A DNA stretch of 64,000 nt from Candidatus Eiseniibacteriota bacterium (GCA_030017955.1 JASEGR010000002.1:10485-74484); one strand, 5' to 3'. Numbered from the stretch's first letter, positions 27,520 through 38,145 are shown. Notes: generated by a model not told the origin, from the sequence alone. Translations and numbers: made by a program.

Positions 27520-29790
27520 TTGAAAGACCTCAGTGTAGTCGGAAAGAGGGTTAGGCGAGTTGATGGCCTGTCCAAGGTGACGGGGAAGGCGACCTACGTA
27601 GATGACCTTGTCACGCCCGGCTGTCTCATCGCCAAGGTGGTCGGAAGTCCCTATGCACATGCCAGGATACTCGGCTTTGATGTGTCGGCTGCGAAGAAGG
27701 TTCCTGGAGTCCTCTCTGTTCTTACCGCCAGGGACATTCCCGGTGAGAATCAGATTGGTGTCATTGTCTCCGACCAGCCGCTAATCGCAGAAGAGAAAGT
27801 CCGGTATGCCGGTGAGTGCGTGGCTCTGATAGCCGCAGAGAGCGAGGGGGCTCTTCTTGAGGCCGAGAAGAAGGTGAAAATCAAGTTTGAAAAGCTGAAA
27901 GGAGTCTTCAGCGCAGAGGAAGGCTTGAAGCCGAAGGCGCCCAAAGTGCACGCTTCCGGGAATCTCTTCACTCATCTCAAGGTGAGAAAAGGAAATCCGG
28001 ACGATGCATTCGGCGAATGCAAATTCGTTATTGAAAGGACATACAGAACACCTCACCAGGAGCACATGTACCTCGAACCGTTGGGAGCTCTTGCAGTACC
28101 CGAGAAGGACGGATCCATCCTCGTGATCGCATCGATGCAATGTCCGTACTACGTGCAGAAAGCGGTTTCAACCGTGCTCGGTATCCCGATGAACCGCGTA
28201 AGGGCTGTCCAGGCGGTTACCGGAGGAGCGTTCGGCGGAAAAGAGGATGTCCCGTCGGAGGTGTGCGGACACGCTGCGCTCCTGGCGTGGATGACCAAAA
28301 GGCCTGTCAAACTCATCTACCGCAGGGAAGAGGATGTCCTGAGATCGAGCAAGAGGCATCCCGCTGAGATACGGTACAAGATGGGGCTGACCGGGGATGG
28401 AAAAATTCGGGCTGCGGACATAACCGTTACTGCCGACATCGGGGCCTACGCGACCCTGAGTCCCGCCGTCCTATTCAGAACTACCGTTCATGTCCCGGGC
28501 CCGTACAAGATTCCGAATGTGAAGGTTGACACTTTTGGCGTGCTTACAAATAACCCGCAGTGCGGGGCGTTCCGGGGATTCGGCGGACCGCAAGCAACAT
28601 TCGCACATGAGTCTATGATGGATGAGGCAGCATTTGCCCTCGGCATGGACCCGATTGAACTGAGAATGAAAAACGCGTTGGGCGATTCCTCAGAAACTCC
28701 GACGGGCCAAATTCTCAATGGCAGCGTCGGCCTCCTTGAGACTATGGAAAAGGCCCGTGATGCTTCCATGTGGAAGAAGAAAAGGAAGACCTCGGGAGGC
28801 GGCGTCAGATTCGTGAAGGGGATCGGGGTCGCTTGTTTCCACTATGGCGTGAGTCTGGGTGCCAAGGGAAAGTATCTGGACGCCTCATCTGCATACGTTC
28901 AGGTGAACCCAGACGGATCTGTCGGAGCTGCGATAGGCGGAACTGAGTTGGGTCAGGGTGCATTCACGGTAGTTTCCCAGATAGTCGCAGAGGAGCTCGG
29001 AGTCGATGTTGAAAACGTCAGGGTGCTTCTGGTTGATACATCAATAGTGCCGGATAGCGGACCCACGGTAGCTTCACGGACCACGGTCTTCAGCGGAAAT
29101 GCAGCTCTGCGGGCAGCGTCGGAAGTCAGGGGCAGGATGATTGCAGTTGCGGGGGAGATGTTAGGGGGGCAGGGGCCGGTATCTGTGAGGTCCGGATTCT
29201 TCACAAGGGGCGGCAAATCAATTCCTTTCAGGGAAGTCTCCGGAGAGTGCTACAGAAGACGAATCGGACTCAGCGCGGCCGGACATTATGCGTCGAGACC
29301 GACATCTTTCAGCGAAGAGGACGGCTCCGGCGATGCCTACTACGTTTACTCGTGGGGAACACAGGTGGCAGAGGTGATTGTTGATACGAAGACAGGAAAG
29401 GTTGAGGTGACCAAAGTGACCGCCGCCCAGGACGTCGGCAAAGCCATAAACCCAGGCAGCGTTGAAGGACAGATTGAGGGCGGTGTGGTTCAGGGGATAG
29501 GGTATGCCCTCTATGAGAACTTCATCCTGGATGAAGGCCGGCCAATCACTCAGAATCTTTCAACCTACATAATTCCGACTGCCCTTGATGCCCCGGAGAT
29601 TGCTTCAATAATAGTGGAAGCGCCATCGGAAGACGGACCATTTGGTGCAAAAGGAGTCGGAGAGCCTCCCATAATTCCGACTGCTCCGGCAGTGGCAAAT
29701 GCAGTCTTTAATGCTACCGGCGTGAGGATAAGAGAAATCCCCATGACAGGAGAGGTTGTCCTCGGAGAGCTCAGGAAAATAAAGAAGTGA
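27520..29790 (+). CDS. Molybdenum hydroxylase large (molybdopterin-binding) subunit, xanthine dehydrogenase/aldehyde oxidoreductase family, copy 1
   Basis: 756 aa with a TTG start. Motifs are VDGLSKVTGKATYVDD, TGGAFGGKED, FRGFGGPQ and GVGEPP. Confidence 0.9.
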   Translation: MKDLSVVGKRVRRVDGLSKVTGKATYVDDLVTPGCLIAKVVGSPYAHARILGFDVSAAKKVPGVLSVLTARDIPGENQIGVIVSDQPLIAEEKVRYAGECVALIAAESEGALLEAEKKVKIKFEKLKGVFSAEEGLKPKAPKVHASGNLFTHLKVRKGNPDDAFGECKFVIERTYRTPHQEHMYLEPLGALAVPEKDGSILVIASMQCPYYVQKAVSTVLGIPMNRVRAVQAVTGGAFGGKEDVPSEVCGHAALLAWMTKRPVKLIYRREEDVLRSSKRHPAEIRYKMGLTGDGKIRAADITVTADIGAYATLSPAVLFRTTVHVPGPYKIPNVKVDTFGVLTNNPQCGAFRGFGGPQATFAHESMMDEAAFALGMDPIELRMKNALGDSSETPTGQILNGSVGLLETMEKARDASMWKKKRKTSGGGVRFVKGIGVACFHYGVSLGAKGKYLDASSAYVQVNPDGSVGAAIGGTELGQGAFTVVSQIVAEELGVDVENVRVLLVDTSIVPDSGPTVASRTTVFSGNAALRAASEVRGRMIAVAGEMLGGQGPVSVRSGFFTRGGKSIPFREVSGECYRRRIGLSAAGHYASRPTSFSEEDGSGDAYYVYSWGTQVAEVIVDTKTGKVEVTKVTAAQDVGKAINPGSVEGQIEGGVVQGIGYALYENFILDEGRPITQNLSTYIIPTALDAPEIASIIVEAPSEDGPFGAKGVGEPPIIPTAPAVANAVFNATGVRIREIPMTGEVVLGELRKIKK

Positions 29791-29851
29791 ATATGAACAG
29801 ACGCCCGACACCGCCGTGCGGAGAGTCCGGAACAGGTAGAAAGGGCCTGCC

Positions 29852-32227
29852 TTGGCAGAGTGCATAGGGAAATCAATCAGAAGGGTTGACGCAGAAGAGA
29901 AGGTCACCGGAAAGGCGAAGTATGCAGGTGACCTTTTTTTCGAGGGAATGCTCTATGCCAAAGCATTGCGGAGCTCCTTCCCTCACGCAAGAATTTTGAA
30001 GATTGAAAAAGCAGAAGCAGGGGCGGTTCCGGGCGTGAAGGCTGTTCTCACGAGCAGCGACATTCCGGGCCGGAAGCTGTACGGATTTCCGAAGCGGGAT
30101 CATCCTGTTATCGCATCGGAGAAGGTCAGGTATCTCGGCGAAGCAATAGCGATAATCGGAGCGGCGTCGAGGGCCGCCTGTGAAGAAGCGGTCCGGAAGG
30201 TGAAGGTCAGTTATGAAGAACTTCCCGCCGTATTCACCATGGCGGAAGCGCTCAAGGAAGATGCTCCGAAAGTCCATGAAGACGGGAACATAATCCAGAA
30301 ACAGAAGGTGATAAGAGGCGATGTAGAGAAGGGATTCTCTGAATCCGACATCGTTGTCGAAAAGAGATTCTCAACGCCTTTTGTCGAGCATGCCTACATC
30401 GAACCTGAAAGCGTTGTCTGCGTTCCCCAGGTAGACGGCTCGCTCACCATCTATGGCTCCATGCAGAGTCCGTTCAATGTGAGGAGAACCGTGTGCGAGA
30501 CTCTCGGAGTCAGTGAGGAAAAAGTGAGGGTCGTGCAGGCAGTTACCGGGGGCTGCTTCGGAGGTAAGGACGACATTATCTATGAGATGGCTGCGCAGGC
30601 CGCTCTTGTCTCCCGGAAGACAGGCCTTCCATGTAAGTTTGTACTTTCGAGAGAAGAATCCTTCGTCGCCAGCTACAAGAGACACCCGATGGAGATGAGA
30701 TACAAGGTTGGGGCAAAAAGGGATGGGACTGTCATCGCGTTGGAAGCGGAGATTCTCGGAGATGGCGGCGCCTACGCAGCGATGAGTCCTTTCATAATCT
30801 GGCGTGCCTGCGTTCACGCGTCAGGCCCATACGACATATCCAATGTCAGGATTTCGGGGACAGTGGTCTATACCAACAATACATACACTGGCCCGATGAG
30901 GGGATTTGGCTCGCCGCAGGTCACATTTGCCGCTGAATCGATGATGGACATAGTCAGCGGCGAGCTCGGCATCGACCCGATGGACCTGAGAATGAAGAAC
31001 GCCCTTGACTGTGGGAGGACTACTTCAACGGGACAGCTTCTTACTGAAAGTGTCGGACTCAGAGAAACCATATTCAGAGTGCGCGAGAAATCGGGATGGG
31101 ATGAGAAGAGGCGGACCGGGAAAATAGACGGCGAAAAGGCATACGGCATAGGGATGGCGTGTGGTTATCACGGGGTCAGCCTTGGCGCAGAAGGGAAAGA
31201 CTTCTCGAGCGCCCTGTGCAAGATGGATGAAGACGGAAACATTCTTATTGCATCGGGAATAACGGACTACGGAACCGGCTCAAAAACCGTGTTTGCCCAG
31301 ATCGCATCAGAGGTTCTGGGGATACCTGTCGAAAAGATAAAAGTCCTTGCCTCGGACACGGCACTTGTCCGCGATGCCGGTCCTACTGTTGCATCGAGGG
31401 GCACTACGCTTGGCGGAAACGCAATGATAGGCGCTGCCCTGGGCTTGAAAGAGAGAATTTTCTCAGTTGCGGCGGATTTGCTCAGAGTGGGCCCGGAGAG
31501 ACTCGCCATCAAGAACGACAGGATCGTTGAGAAGGACAAAGAGAATTTTCCCGGTGCGGAGCCTTCCGGCAGCTTGCCGGAGAAAATGGAGCCGCGGAGC
31601 GCCGGAGCTTCTGCTCGTGGGATCTCGCTTGGGGAAGTTGCCAGGGAGTGCCTGAGGAAAGGGATCAGCCTTGATGTGCACCACTACTACGAAGGCCCAC
31701 CCGTATCCTGGAGCGATGAGGAAGGTAAAGGAGATGCATATTTTTCATACAGCTTCGGGACCCAGGTTGCTGAGGTTGAGGTTGACCTCGGCACGGGGGA
31801 AGTCAAAGTACTGAACATCTTCGCTGCTCACGACGTTGGAAAGGCGATAAATCCTCAGGGTGTTGAAGGCCAAATCAGAGGCGGTGCCGTAATGGGGATG
31901 GGGTACGCATTGTACGAAGAGGTGAAAATCGAGAACGGAATCACAAGAACGAGAAATTTTGACGAGTATGTAATTCCGACATCGCTCGACAGCCCTGATG
32001 TTTTTCCGATAATCGTTGAGGCCTTTGAGCCGCAGGGCCCCTTTGGTGCAAAAGCGGTCGGCGAGCCGCCGATTCTGCCGACGGCACCTGCCATAGCGAA
32101 TGCAGTCTGTGCTGCAACGGGCAGGAGAATCCATGATCTCCCTATGAGTCTTGAGAGAGTTCTTCTTGGCAAGGCTCTCAGGAAGCCGTTAGCGAGTTTC
32201 ATTGTGAATGGAGCCGGGGGATATTGA
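29852..32227 (+). CDS. Molybdenum hydroxylase large subunit, copy 2 (paralog)
   Basis: 791 aa with VDAEEKVTGKAKYAGD, TGGCFGGKDD, MRGFGSPQ and AVGEPP. Confidence 0.9.
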   Translation: MAECIGKSIRRVDAEEKVTGKAKYAGDLFFEGMLYAKALRSSFPHARILKIEKAEAGAVPGVKAVLTSSDIPGRKLYGFPKRDHPVIASEKVRYLGEAIAIIGAASRAACEEAVRKVKVSYEELPAVFTMAEALKEDAPKVHEDGNIIQKQKVIRGDVEKGFSESDIVVEKRFSTPFVEHAYIEPESVVCVPQVDGSLTIYGSMQSPFNVRRTVCETLGVSEEKVRVVQAVTGGCFGGKDDIIYEMAAQAALVSRKTGLPCKFVLSREESFVASYKRHPMEMRYKVGAKRDGTVIALEAEILGDGGAYAAMSPFIIWRACVHASGPYDISNVRISGTVVYTNNTYTGPMRGFGSPQVTFAAESMMDIVSGELGIDPMDLRMKNALDCGRTTSTGQLLTESVGLRETIFRVREKSGWDEKRRTGKIDGEKAYGIGMACGYHGVSLGAEGKDFSSALCKMDEDGNILIASGITDYGTGSKTVFAQIASEVLGIPVEKIKVLASDTALVRDAGPTVASRGTTLGGNAMIGAALGLKERIFSVAADLLRVGPERLAIKNDRIVEKDKENFPGAEPSGSLPEKMEPRSAGASARGISLGEVARECLRKGISLDVHHYYEGPPVSWSDEEGKGDAYFSYSFGTQVAEVEVDLGTGEVKVLNIFAAHDVGKAINPQGVEGQIRGGAVMGMGYALYEEVKIENGITRTRNFDEYVIPTSLDSPDVFPIIVEAFEPQGPFGAKAVGEPPILPTAPAIANAVCAATGRRIHDLPMSLERVLLGKALRKPLASFIVNGAGGY

Positions 32228-33108
32228 AAGTGATGTACGGAAGTTTCTATCGGGCTGCTTCGCTGAAAGAGGCAGTCTTTCTTCTCGCGGAGAAGACCGT
32301 CTCGACAAAGATTCTGTCCGGCGGGACAGACCTAATGGTGAGAATGAAGAAAGGAGAAATCTGTCCGGACAGGCTTCTCAGCATTACCCGCATTCCCGAA
32401 CTCGCGGCTGTTCGCAGGGAGAACGGGAAAATCGTGTTTGGTTCTGCCCTCACTTTTTCCGCTATTCAGAGTTCCATTCTTATGAATGAGGAAGCTCCTT
32501 TCATGATTGAAGCTGCCTCTCAAGTCGGCTCGCCGCAAATCAGGGCAGTGGGAACCATAGGCGGCAACGTTGTCAATGCGGCGCCACACGCAGATACTGT
32601 TCCTGTCCTTGTTGCGCTTGACGGAAAGGCAAAAGTAGTAAGCACGCGCGGAGAAAAGCTGATCCCGGTCTCAGAACTGGTTCTTGGACCTCACCGGACG
32701 GCGCTCCTGGCTGATGAGATTCTCACCGAGTTCTCGTTTGAGGTTCTGCAGCCCGGAACGGGCACGGCGTTTCTGAAGCTTGGGAGAAGGTCTGTCATGG
32801 TAAGAGCCAGGATATCTGCTGCGTGCGCAGTCTGCCTCGACGACAAGGACATTGTCACTGACGTGAGAATTGCCGCAGGTGCGGTCACGCCTAAATGCGA
32901 GAGATTCCGCCCGGCAGAGGAAATCCTACTCGGCAGGAGGATGACTGAGAAGGGGATTAAGGAAGCATCGGGCGAAGTATCCAGGGAGATGGTAAATCGT
33001 GGCGGAGTAAGATGGTCAACAGAATACAAGGCCCCGGTTGTTAGCGTTCTCGTTGAGAGGGCGCTCAGGATTGCTTCTTCGAGGGCACATAAGGAATTCA
33101 TGAGATGA
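32224..33108 (+). CDS. Molybdenum hydroxylase FAD-binding subunit (CoxM/XdhB-like), copy 1
   Basis: 294 aa with LSGGTDLMV and [10 protein letters not shown]. Confidence 0.85.
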   Translation: MKVMYGSFYRAASLKEAVFLLAEKTVSTKILSGGTDLMVRMKKGEICPDRLLSITRIPELAAVRRENGKIVFGSALTFSAIQSSILMNEEAPFMIEAASQVGSPQIRAVGTIGGNVVNAAPHADTVPVLVALDGKAKVVSTRGEKLIPVSELVLGPHRTALLADEILTEFSFEVLQPGTGTAFLKLGRRSVMVRARISAACAVCLDDKDIVTDVRIAAGAVTPKCERFRPAEEILLGRRMTEKGIKEASGEVSREMVNRGGVRWSTEYKAPVVSVLVERALRIASSRAHKEFMR

Positions 33109-33121
33109 GGGGAGTTCTCTC

Positions 33122-33580
33122 TTGACTGGCAAGTCCTGCATTATCGTGGTGAATGGAGACCGGTTCAGCGTACCGGGCGGGATGTCACTCCTTGAGACTC
33201 TGCGAGAAGTGCTCAAGCTGACAGGAACAAAGGAGGGCTGCGGCATAGGAGAATGCGGCGCATGCACAGTGCTGGTAGATGGCGAAGCAGTAGACTCGTG
33301 CCTCATGCCTGTTGAGGAAGTTGAAGGAAAAGAAATCCTTACAGTTGAAGGGTTGTCTGAAAATGGAGAGCTGACATTTCTTCAGGAATCTCTCATCTCC
33401 GAAGGTGCAGTTCAGTGTGGATACTGCACTCCGGGGATTCTTATTTCGGCAAAAGCCCTTCTCTTGAAGAATCCAAGACCTTCCAGGCAGGAGATAAGAG
33501 TTGCGATCTCCGGAAATCTGTGCCGGTGCACCGGCTACCAGCAGATTGTTGAAGGAATCTACAAAGCCTCCAGAATGTAG
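33122..33580 (+). CDS. Molybdenum hydroxylase [2Fe-2S] subunit (CoxS-like), copy 1
   Basis: 152 aa with [18 protein letters not shown] and NLCRCTGY. Confidence 0.9.
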   Translation: MTGKSCIIVVNGDRFSVPGGMSLLETLREVLKLTGTKEGCGIGECGACTVLVDGEAVDSCLMPVEEVEGKEILTVEGLSENGELTFLQESLISEGAVQCGYCTPGILISAKALLLKNPRPSRQEIRVAISGNLCRCTGYQQIVEGIYKASRM

Positions 33581-33618
33581 CGGTTGTGCTCACAGGGCGG
33601 GAAGGACCCCCTCACCAG

Positions 33619-33639
33619 CCTCTCCCCCGGGGGGAGAGG
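33619..33639 (+). terminator. GC-rich hairpin between the two [2Fe-2S] subunit genes (no U-tract)
   Basis: CCTCTCCCCC/GGGGGAGAGG palindrome read directly from the sequence. Confidence 0.3.
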
Positions 33640-33737
33640 GCCAAGGCAGCGGAGGCCATCAGTAGAGTTCGTGTCTGTACGGCGATTGTTTGGATCTCAT
33701 AGCGGAGATTCCATTGAGGAGGGGAAAGGGGTGAAAC

Positions 33738-34205
33738 TTGAAAACGTTTGAGCTCTCATTCTCCGTGAATGAAAAGGTCCGGAAGCTCAGTGTTCCCTAC
33801 GGAAAGACTCTTCTCGAAATTCTCAGATATGACCTTGGGCTCACCGGAACAAAAGAAGGGTGCGGGAAGGGTGACTGCGGCGCCTGCACTGTGATGATTG
33901 ATGACGAGCCTGTGAACTCATGTCTTGTTCTTGCCCCGCAAGTAGAGGGGAGGACCGTGATCACAGTCGAGGGACTTGGAGACGAAAAGGCACTGCATCC
34001 CATTCAAGAGGCTTTTCTACGGGAGGGAGCGGTTCAGTGCGGGTTCTGCACTCCGGGGATTCTCATGGCGGCAAAGGCTCTTCTGGACAAGAAGCCCAGG
34101 CCGCGTGAATTGGACGTGCGGAAGGCGATCTCCGGAAATCTCTGCAGATGCACGGGCTATGCAAAAATCGTGAAAGCGATTCTGTCAGCATCGGGCACAG
34201 ATTGA
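33738..34205 (+). CDS. Molybdenum hydroxylase [2Fe-2S] subunit, copy 2
   Basis: 155 aa with CGKGDCGACTV, CGFCTPG and NLCRCTGY. Confidence 0.9.
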   Translation: MKTFELSFSVNEKVRKLSVPYGKTLLEILRYDLGLTGTKEGCGKGDCGACTVMIDDEPVNSCLVLAPQVEGRTVITVEGLGDEKALHPIQEAFLREGAVQCGFCTPGILMAAKALLDKKPRPRELDVRKAISGNLCRCTGYAKIVKAILSASGTD

Positions 34206-34206
34206 C

Positions 34207-34779
34207 ATGCAATTCTCATCAGCGATTCTGCTTGCAGCCGGGAAGTCCGAAAGATTCGGCGGGCTCAAGCAGGGCATGGTCATTTCAGGAATGCCGCTGG
34301 TCAGAAAGTGTGCCGCAGCACTCATTGACGGTGGTGTCGATGAGCTCATCGTTGTTGTCGGCCACATGGCGGAAGAGGTGACTGCACTTCTCGGTCAAGG
34401 CCGATGGAAGATTGTGATTAACAAAGAATACGAAGAAGGTATGGGGAGCTCAATAAGAACGGGTGCGCGGTATGTCTCGGAATCATCACTTGCGATTCTT
34501 GTCGCGCTTTCTGACCTGCCCTATCTCACCGGCGAGACCGTCAGGAATATTGTTGTTGGTTTCGGGAAATGTGGAAAAGGAATCCTCGCTCCGGCTCATT
34601 TGGGAAGAAGAGGCCATCCTGTTTGCTTCAGCCGGAAATATCTCGGCGAGCTGAGGCGCCTGGGTGGTGACTCCGGTGCAAGGGAGCTTCTGGACGAGCA
34701 CCCGGAAGACCTTTTCCTTCTCGAAGTCGGTACGGATTCGATCTATTCCGACATTGACACGGAGGCTCCGGACAAATGA
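34207..34779 (+). CDS. MobA-like nucleotidyltransferase (MocA/YgfJ-type molybdenum cofactor cytidylyltransferase)
   Basis: 190 aa with AILLAAGKSERFG. Confidence 0.8.
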   Translation: MQFSSAILLAAGKSERFGGLKQGMVISGMPLVRKCAAALIDGGVDELIVVVGHMAEEVTALLGQGRWKIVINKEYEEGMGSSIRTGARYVSESSLAILVALSDLPYLTGETVRNIVVGFGKCGKGILAPAHLGRRGHPVCFSRKYLGELRRLGGDSGARELLDEHPEDLFLLEVGTDSIYSDIDTEAPDK

Positions 34780-35585
34780 TGGATGCTATCTTTCGGAACG
34801 TTCTGGCTCTTCAGGAAAATGGTGAGGACTGTGCTGTGGCCACGTTGATTTCCGTGAAAGGCTCTACTCCAAGAGGGACTGGTGCAAGAATGATTGTGAA
34901 GCAGTCCGGGGAGGTCATAGGGTCAATCGGGGGAGGGCGGCTCGAAAACCTTGTAATCCGGGAGGCAAAAAGAGCAATTGAGGAAAGGTCTCCACGAAAG
35001 GTCGTCTTCAAGCTCACCGAGAAAGAGTCGCATGGAATAGGCTCGATCTGCGGCGGGACGGCCGAAGTTTACATCGAGCCTGTGATCAGTGAGCCGACAC
35101 TCCTCGTAGTCGGCGCCGGCCACATCGGGCTTGCTCTTTCAAGATTGGCAAAAATTGCCGGCTTAAGAGTGGTTGTCACCGATGACAGACGGGCTTTTGC
35201 ATCGAGAAAGAGATTTCCTGACGCAGATGAAGTCATCGTTGTGAAGCCGGAGAAACTTCTCGAGAAAATCAAGATCGGCAGGAACACATTCATCGCCCTT
35301 GTTCCGAGGGGGCACGAGCTTGACCTTGCGTACCTGGTAAGGCTTCTTCGGGAGGATGCGGCATATATCGGCATGATCGGAAGCAGAAGAAAGACAGCCA
35401 TTATCAAGAAGAAGCTGAAGGAAAAAGGTTTCAGCAAGAAAAGAATCGACAGAATCTTCACGCCCATTGGACTCGCCATAGGCGCGGAGACTCCTGAGGA
35501 GATCGCCGTCAGCATACTTGCGGAAATCGTTGCGGTGAGGCGCGGACTGGACAGTCCGCTTGGTTCGCTGAGCAGGAGAGCTTGA
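34776..35585 (+). CDS. xdhC: XdhC/CoxI-family molybdenum hydroxylase accessory protein
   Basis: 269 aa with an XdhC N-terminal region and the Rossmann motif LLVVGAGHIGLAL. Confidence 0.85.
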   Translation: MMDAIFRNVLALQENGEDCAVATLISVKGSTPRGTGARMIVKQSGEVIGSIGGGRLENLVIREAKRAIEERSPRKVVFKLTEKESHGIGSICGGTAEVYIEPVISEPTLLVVGAGHIGLALSRLAKIAGLRVVVTDDRRAFASRKRFPDADEVIVVKPEKLLEKIKIGRNTFIALVPRGHELDLAYLVRLLREDAAYIGMIGSRRKTAIIKKKLKEKGFSKKRIDRIFTPIGLAIGAETPEEIAVSILAEIVAVRRGLDSPLGSLSRRA

Positions 35586-35588
35586 GAA

Positions 35589-36476
35589 ATGAAGTTCCCT
35601 GTGGTTGTCATCAAGGGGGCAGGAGACCTTGCCTCCGGAGTCGCGCACCGGCTTTTCATGGCCGGATTTCCGGTCTGCATGACTGAGCTTGAAAACCCTC
35701 TGGCAGTGCGGAGGCTTGTATCATTTGCCGAGGCCGTCCACAGAGGAACGATGGAAATTGAGGGCGTCAGAGCATTCTCTGCTGCGACCTTGAGTGAGGC
35801 AAAGCGAATCCTGAAGGAGAGGAGCTGCATACCCGTTCTTGTCGATCCGCGGGGTGTCACTGCCGGCAAGCTCAAGCCGCGCATTGTGATCGACGGACGG
35901 ATGGCGAAGACAAATCTTGGAACGACGATCGATGAGGCACAACTGGTGATCGGACTTGGTCCCGGATTCGCTGCCGGGACGGACGTTGACTTTGTGATTG
36001 AGACCAAAAGAGGCCATAACCTGGGCAAGGTCATTCATGAAGGAGAAGCTCAGGCGGACGACGGAATTCCGGAGCCAATCCTGGGTCACGGTGAAGAAAG
36101 GGTCCTGAGGGCGCCGTGTGACGGAGTGCTCACGAGCTTCGCAGATATTGGACGAAAGGTAAGAAAGGGAGAGGAGATATGCGCCGTCGACGGAAGATAC
36201 ATCTCCGCAACGATTAACGGAGTATTGAGAGGAATGCTGACATCGGGAAGCCAGGTTAAGAAGGGAATGAAACTCGGCGACATCGACCCGCGCGGCGAGA
36301 AATCTCTATGCTTCACCATTTCGGACAAGGCAAGGGCAATCGGAGGCGGAGTTCTGGAGGCGATTCTGATTCATCTCGGAAGAACGAGGGCCAGCTTCGG
36401 GGTCCGGAGAAAGAGTCATACCGTGGAAGAAGAGCCGGATTCGAACAAGTTGGCATCAGCCGGAGAAGAGAGATGA
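35589..36476 (+). CDS. YqeB/EF2563-family selenium-dependent molybdenum hydroxylase system protein
   Basis: The N-terminus VVVIKGAGDLASGVAHRLFMAGFPVCMTELENPLAVRRLVSFAEAV matches my memory of the EF2563/YqeB family (TIGR03309). The genomic context also fits. Confidence 0.65.
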   Translation: MKFPVVVIKGAGDLASGVAHRLFMAGFPVCMTELENPLAVRRLVSFAEAVHRGTMEIEGVRAFSAATLSEAKRILKERSCIPVLVDPRGVTAGKLKPRIVIDGRMAKTNLGTTIDEAQLVIGLGPGFAAGTDVDFVIETKRGHNLGKVIHEGEAQADDGIPEPILGHGEERVLRAPCDGVLTSFADIGRKVRKGEEICAVDGRYISATINGVLRGMLTSGSQVKKGMKLGDIDPRGEKSLCFTISDKARAIGGGVLEAILIHLGRTRASFGVRRKSHTVEEEPDSNKLASAGEER

Positions 36477-37327
36477 TTGAAATCCTTGAGTATCATGCAC
36501 CCGCGGGCATTCAAGAGGCGCTCAAGATTCTTTCGAAAACGCGGGGGATAACGATCATTGCAGGCGGCACCGATGAGATTGGACGTTTGAAAGAGGAGAG
36601 AAAACCGCTCTCCGTTCTTGATATTTCCGGAATAAAGTCGTTGAGAGGAGTGAAGATAACGAAGACCCAGATAATCCTCGGTGCTCTCACGACTCACAAA
36701 ACTATCGAAGAGAGCCGGCAGCTGGCGAAGCTCTGCCCATCACTGGTAGAAGCAGCGTCTATGATTGGCTCTCCTCAGATAAGGTCAAGGGGGACGGTGG
36801 GAGGGAACATAGCGAACGCATCACCCGCAGGCGATCTCATACCCCCACTGATTACTTTCGACGCGAAGGTCGTCCTTGCATCAAGAAGCGGAAGGAGGGA
36901 AGTGCCACTGGAAAAGCTCCTCAAGGGTCCCGGCAAGACGGCAATCTCTTCGAAGGAGATACTTTCTTCGGTCGTTATTGATAGGCGTGGACTTCCCCCG
37001 CTTCAGAGTTTCAGGAAAGCGGGACAGAGAAACTCCCTGGCGATATCACTCGTAAACGTCGCGGTCGGAGCGCACGTTGAGGGGGGGAAGATAGTGAAGG
37101 TAAGGATAGCGCTTGGCTCCGTTGCGCCGACTGCAATAAGGGCTGTGGCGGCAGAAAAGGTTCTGCTGGGCCGGATTCCGACCAGAGAGCTTGTCGCCAA
37201 AACCTCGAAAGTTGCCGCCGGGGAATCGAAGCCGATAGATGATGTTCGGGGCCACGCCTGGTACAGAAAAGAGCTTATACAGGTTCTGGTGGAAGACGCA
37301 TTTGAGCGGATACTGGACTTGTCCTAG
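36473..37327 (+). CDS. Molybdenum hydroxylase FAD-binding subunit, copy 2
   Basis: ATG 36473 (ATGA overlap with the upstream stop) gives MIEILEYHAPAGIQEAL. IAGGTDE and GTVGGNIANA are present. The track start at 36308 is an upstream out-of-context extension. Confidence 0.85.
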   Translation: MIEILEYHAPAGIQEALKILSKTRGITIIAGGTDEIGRLKEERKPLSVLDISGIKSLRGVKITKTQIILGALTTHKTIEESRQLAKLCPSLVEAASMIGSPQIRSRGTVGGNIANASPAGDLIPPLITFDAKVVLASRSGRREVPLEKLLKGPGKTAISSKEILSSVVIDRRGLPPLQSFRKAGQRNSLAISLVNVAVGAHVEGGKIVKVRIALGSVAPTAIRAVAAEKVLLGRIPTRELVAKTSKVAAGESKPIDDVRGHAWYRKELIQVLVEDAFERILDLS

Positions 37328-38145
37328 ACGGTCAAAACCTCAAAACTCCTGGTTCCACTGAAGTTCATCGCATACTGCCTTTCTGCAATGTATCCGAGAT
37401 CAGAAAGGAGCCGGAGAGTATCTTCGATTTCCTCAACAGTCCAGTTGACCTCCTGAGCCAGGGTTGACAGCGCTAGAACTCTCATTTTCTTTCTTGCGAT
37501 GAGCCTTGCGAGGCCGATCGAGCGTGAGTACAAGCTGTAGTTTGCGCCTGGCTCCGGAAGCTCAGGCACGATAAGTAGGGCAAGAGATGAAGCGAAATTC
37601 CCAAGTCTCTCATTCGGACATTCAACGAATAAGTCGAACCTGTGCTCAGGCTCCTTGTGACCGCATGTGATACCGCTGCACCTCCTCACGCCGCTCAAAG
37701 ATGAGATCGTGTCTATGAGAACATGCTCGAACACATGGGCCACATCAGCGGCGGCTCCTCTGTCAGGGGCACCGCATTGGGATTGGCCCTCGAGGGAAAG
37801 GAGCGTCTCAATAAGGGTTGAACTGCCGCAGCACTTGTGATTGGGGAGAGCAGGGAAGAGAACAGCCAATCTTCCGATGACCTGGGGAAGGCGCTTTCTG
37901 AATTCCAAAGAAAGCTCTTGTCCGATTTCAATGGTCAGCTTGAGCCTCCACAGCTCCTCACTGAAACCAGGATTAAGCGGAGTAGCTTCTTCGTGTGGTC
38001 CGTAGTCTCTTGCGATGAGTCTCATGCTGGTGCCGTTAGTGTCGTGTCCCGGAAATTCCTTGTATATGTCTTTGCCCAGGGACACGACACTTTCATAGGG
38101 GTTTGTTACCCCTCTGACGCTTCTGGATGCTCCTCTTTGTCGCAT
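37324..38145 (-). CDS. Hypothetical protein with a C-terminal winged-helix-like segment; the N-terminal part faintly resembles the cyanophycin-synthetase N-domain
   Basis: The only similarity I can point to is LPNHKCCGS...VAHVFEHVLID against the CphA N-domain motif (EHxCSxG...H[IV]VEHVALE). The C-terminus reads LSTLAQEVNWTVEEIEDTLRLLSDLGYI. The start is uncertain (ATG 38145 or ATG 38025). Confidence 0.4.
   Translation of the reverse strand: MRQRGASRSVRGVTNPYESVVSLGKDIYKEFPGHDTNGTSMRLIARDYGPHEEATPLNPGFSEELWRLKLTIEIGQELSLEFRKRLPQVIGRLAVLFPALPNHKCCGSSTLIETLLSLEGQSQCGAPDRGAAADVAHVFEHVLIDTISSLSGVRRCSGITCGHKEPEHRFDLFVECPNERLGNFASSLALLIVPELPEPGANYSLYSRSIGLARLIARKKMRVLALSTLAQEVNWTVEEIEDTLRLLSDLGYIAERQYAMNFSGTRSFEVLTV

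Noticed and set aside
37324-37327. Convergent genes (FAD subunit on +, 273-aa ORF on -) share the palindromic CTAG as overlapping stop codons, with no terminator between them.
   Set aside because: It is real in the sequence but probably a trivial consequence of compact gene packing. It is not evidence of a functional element.
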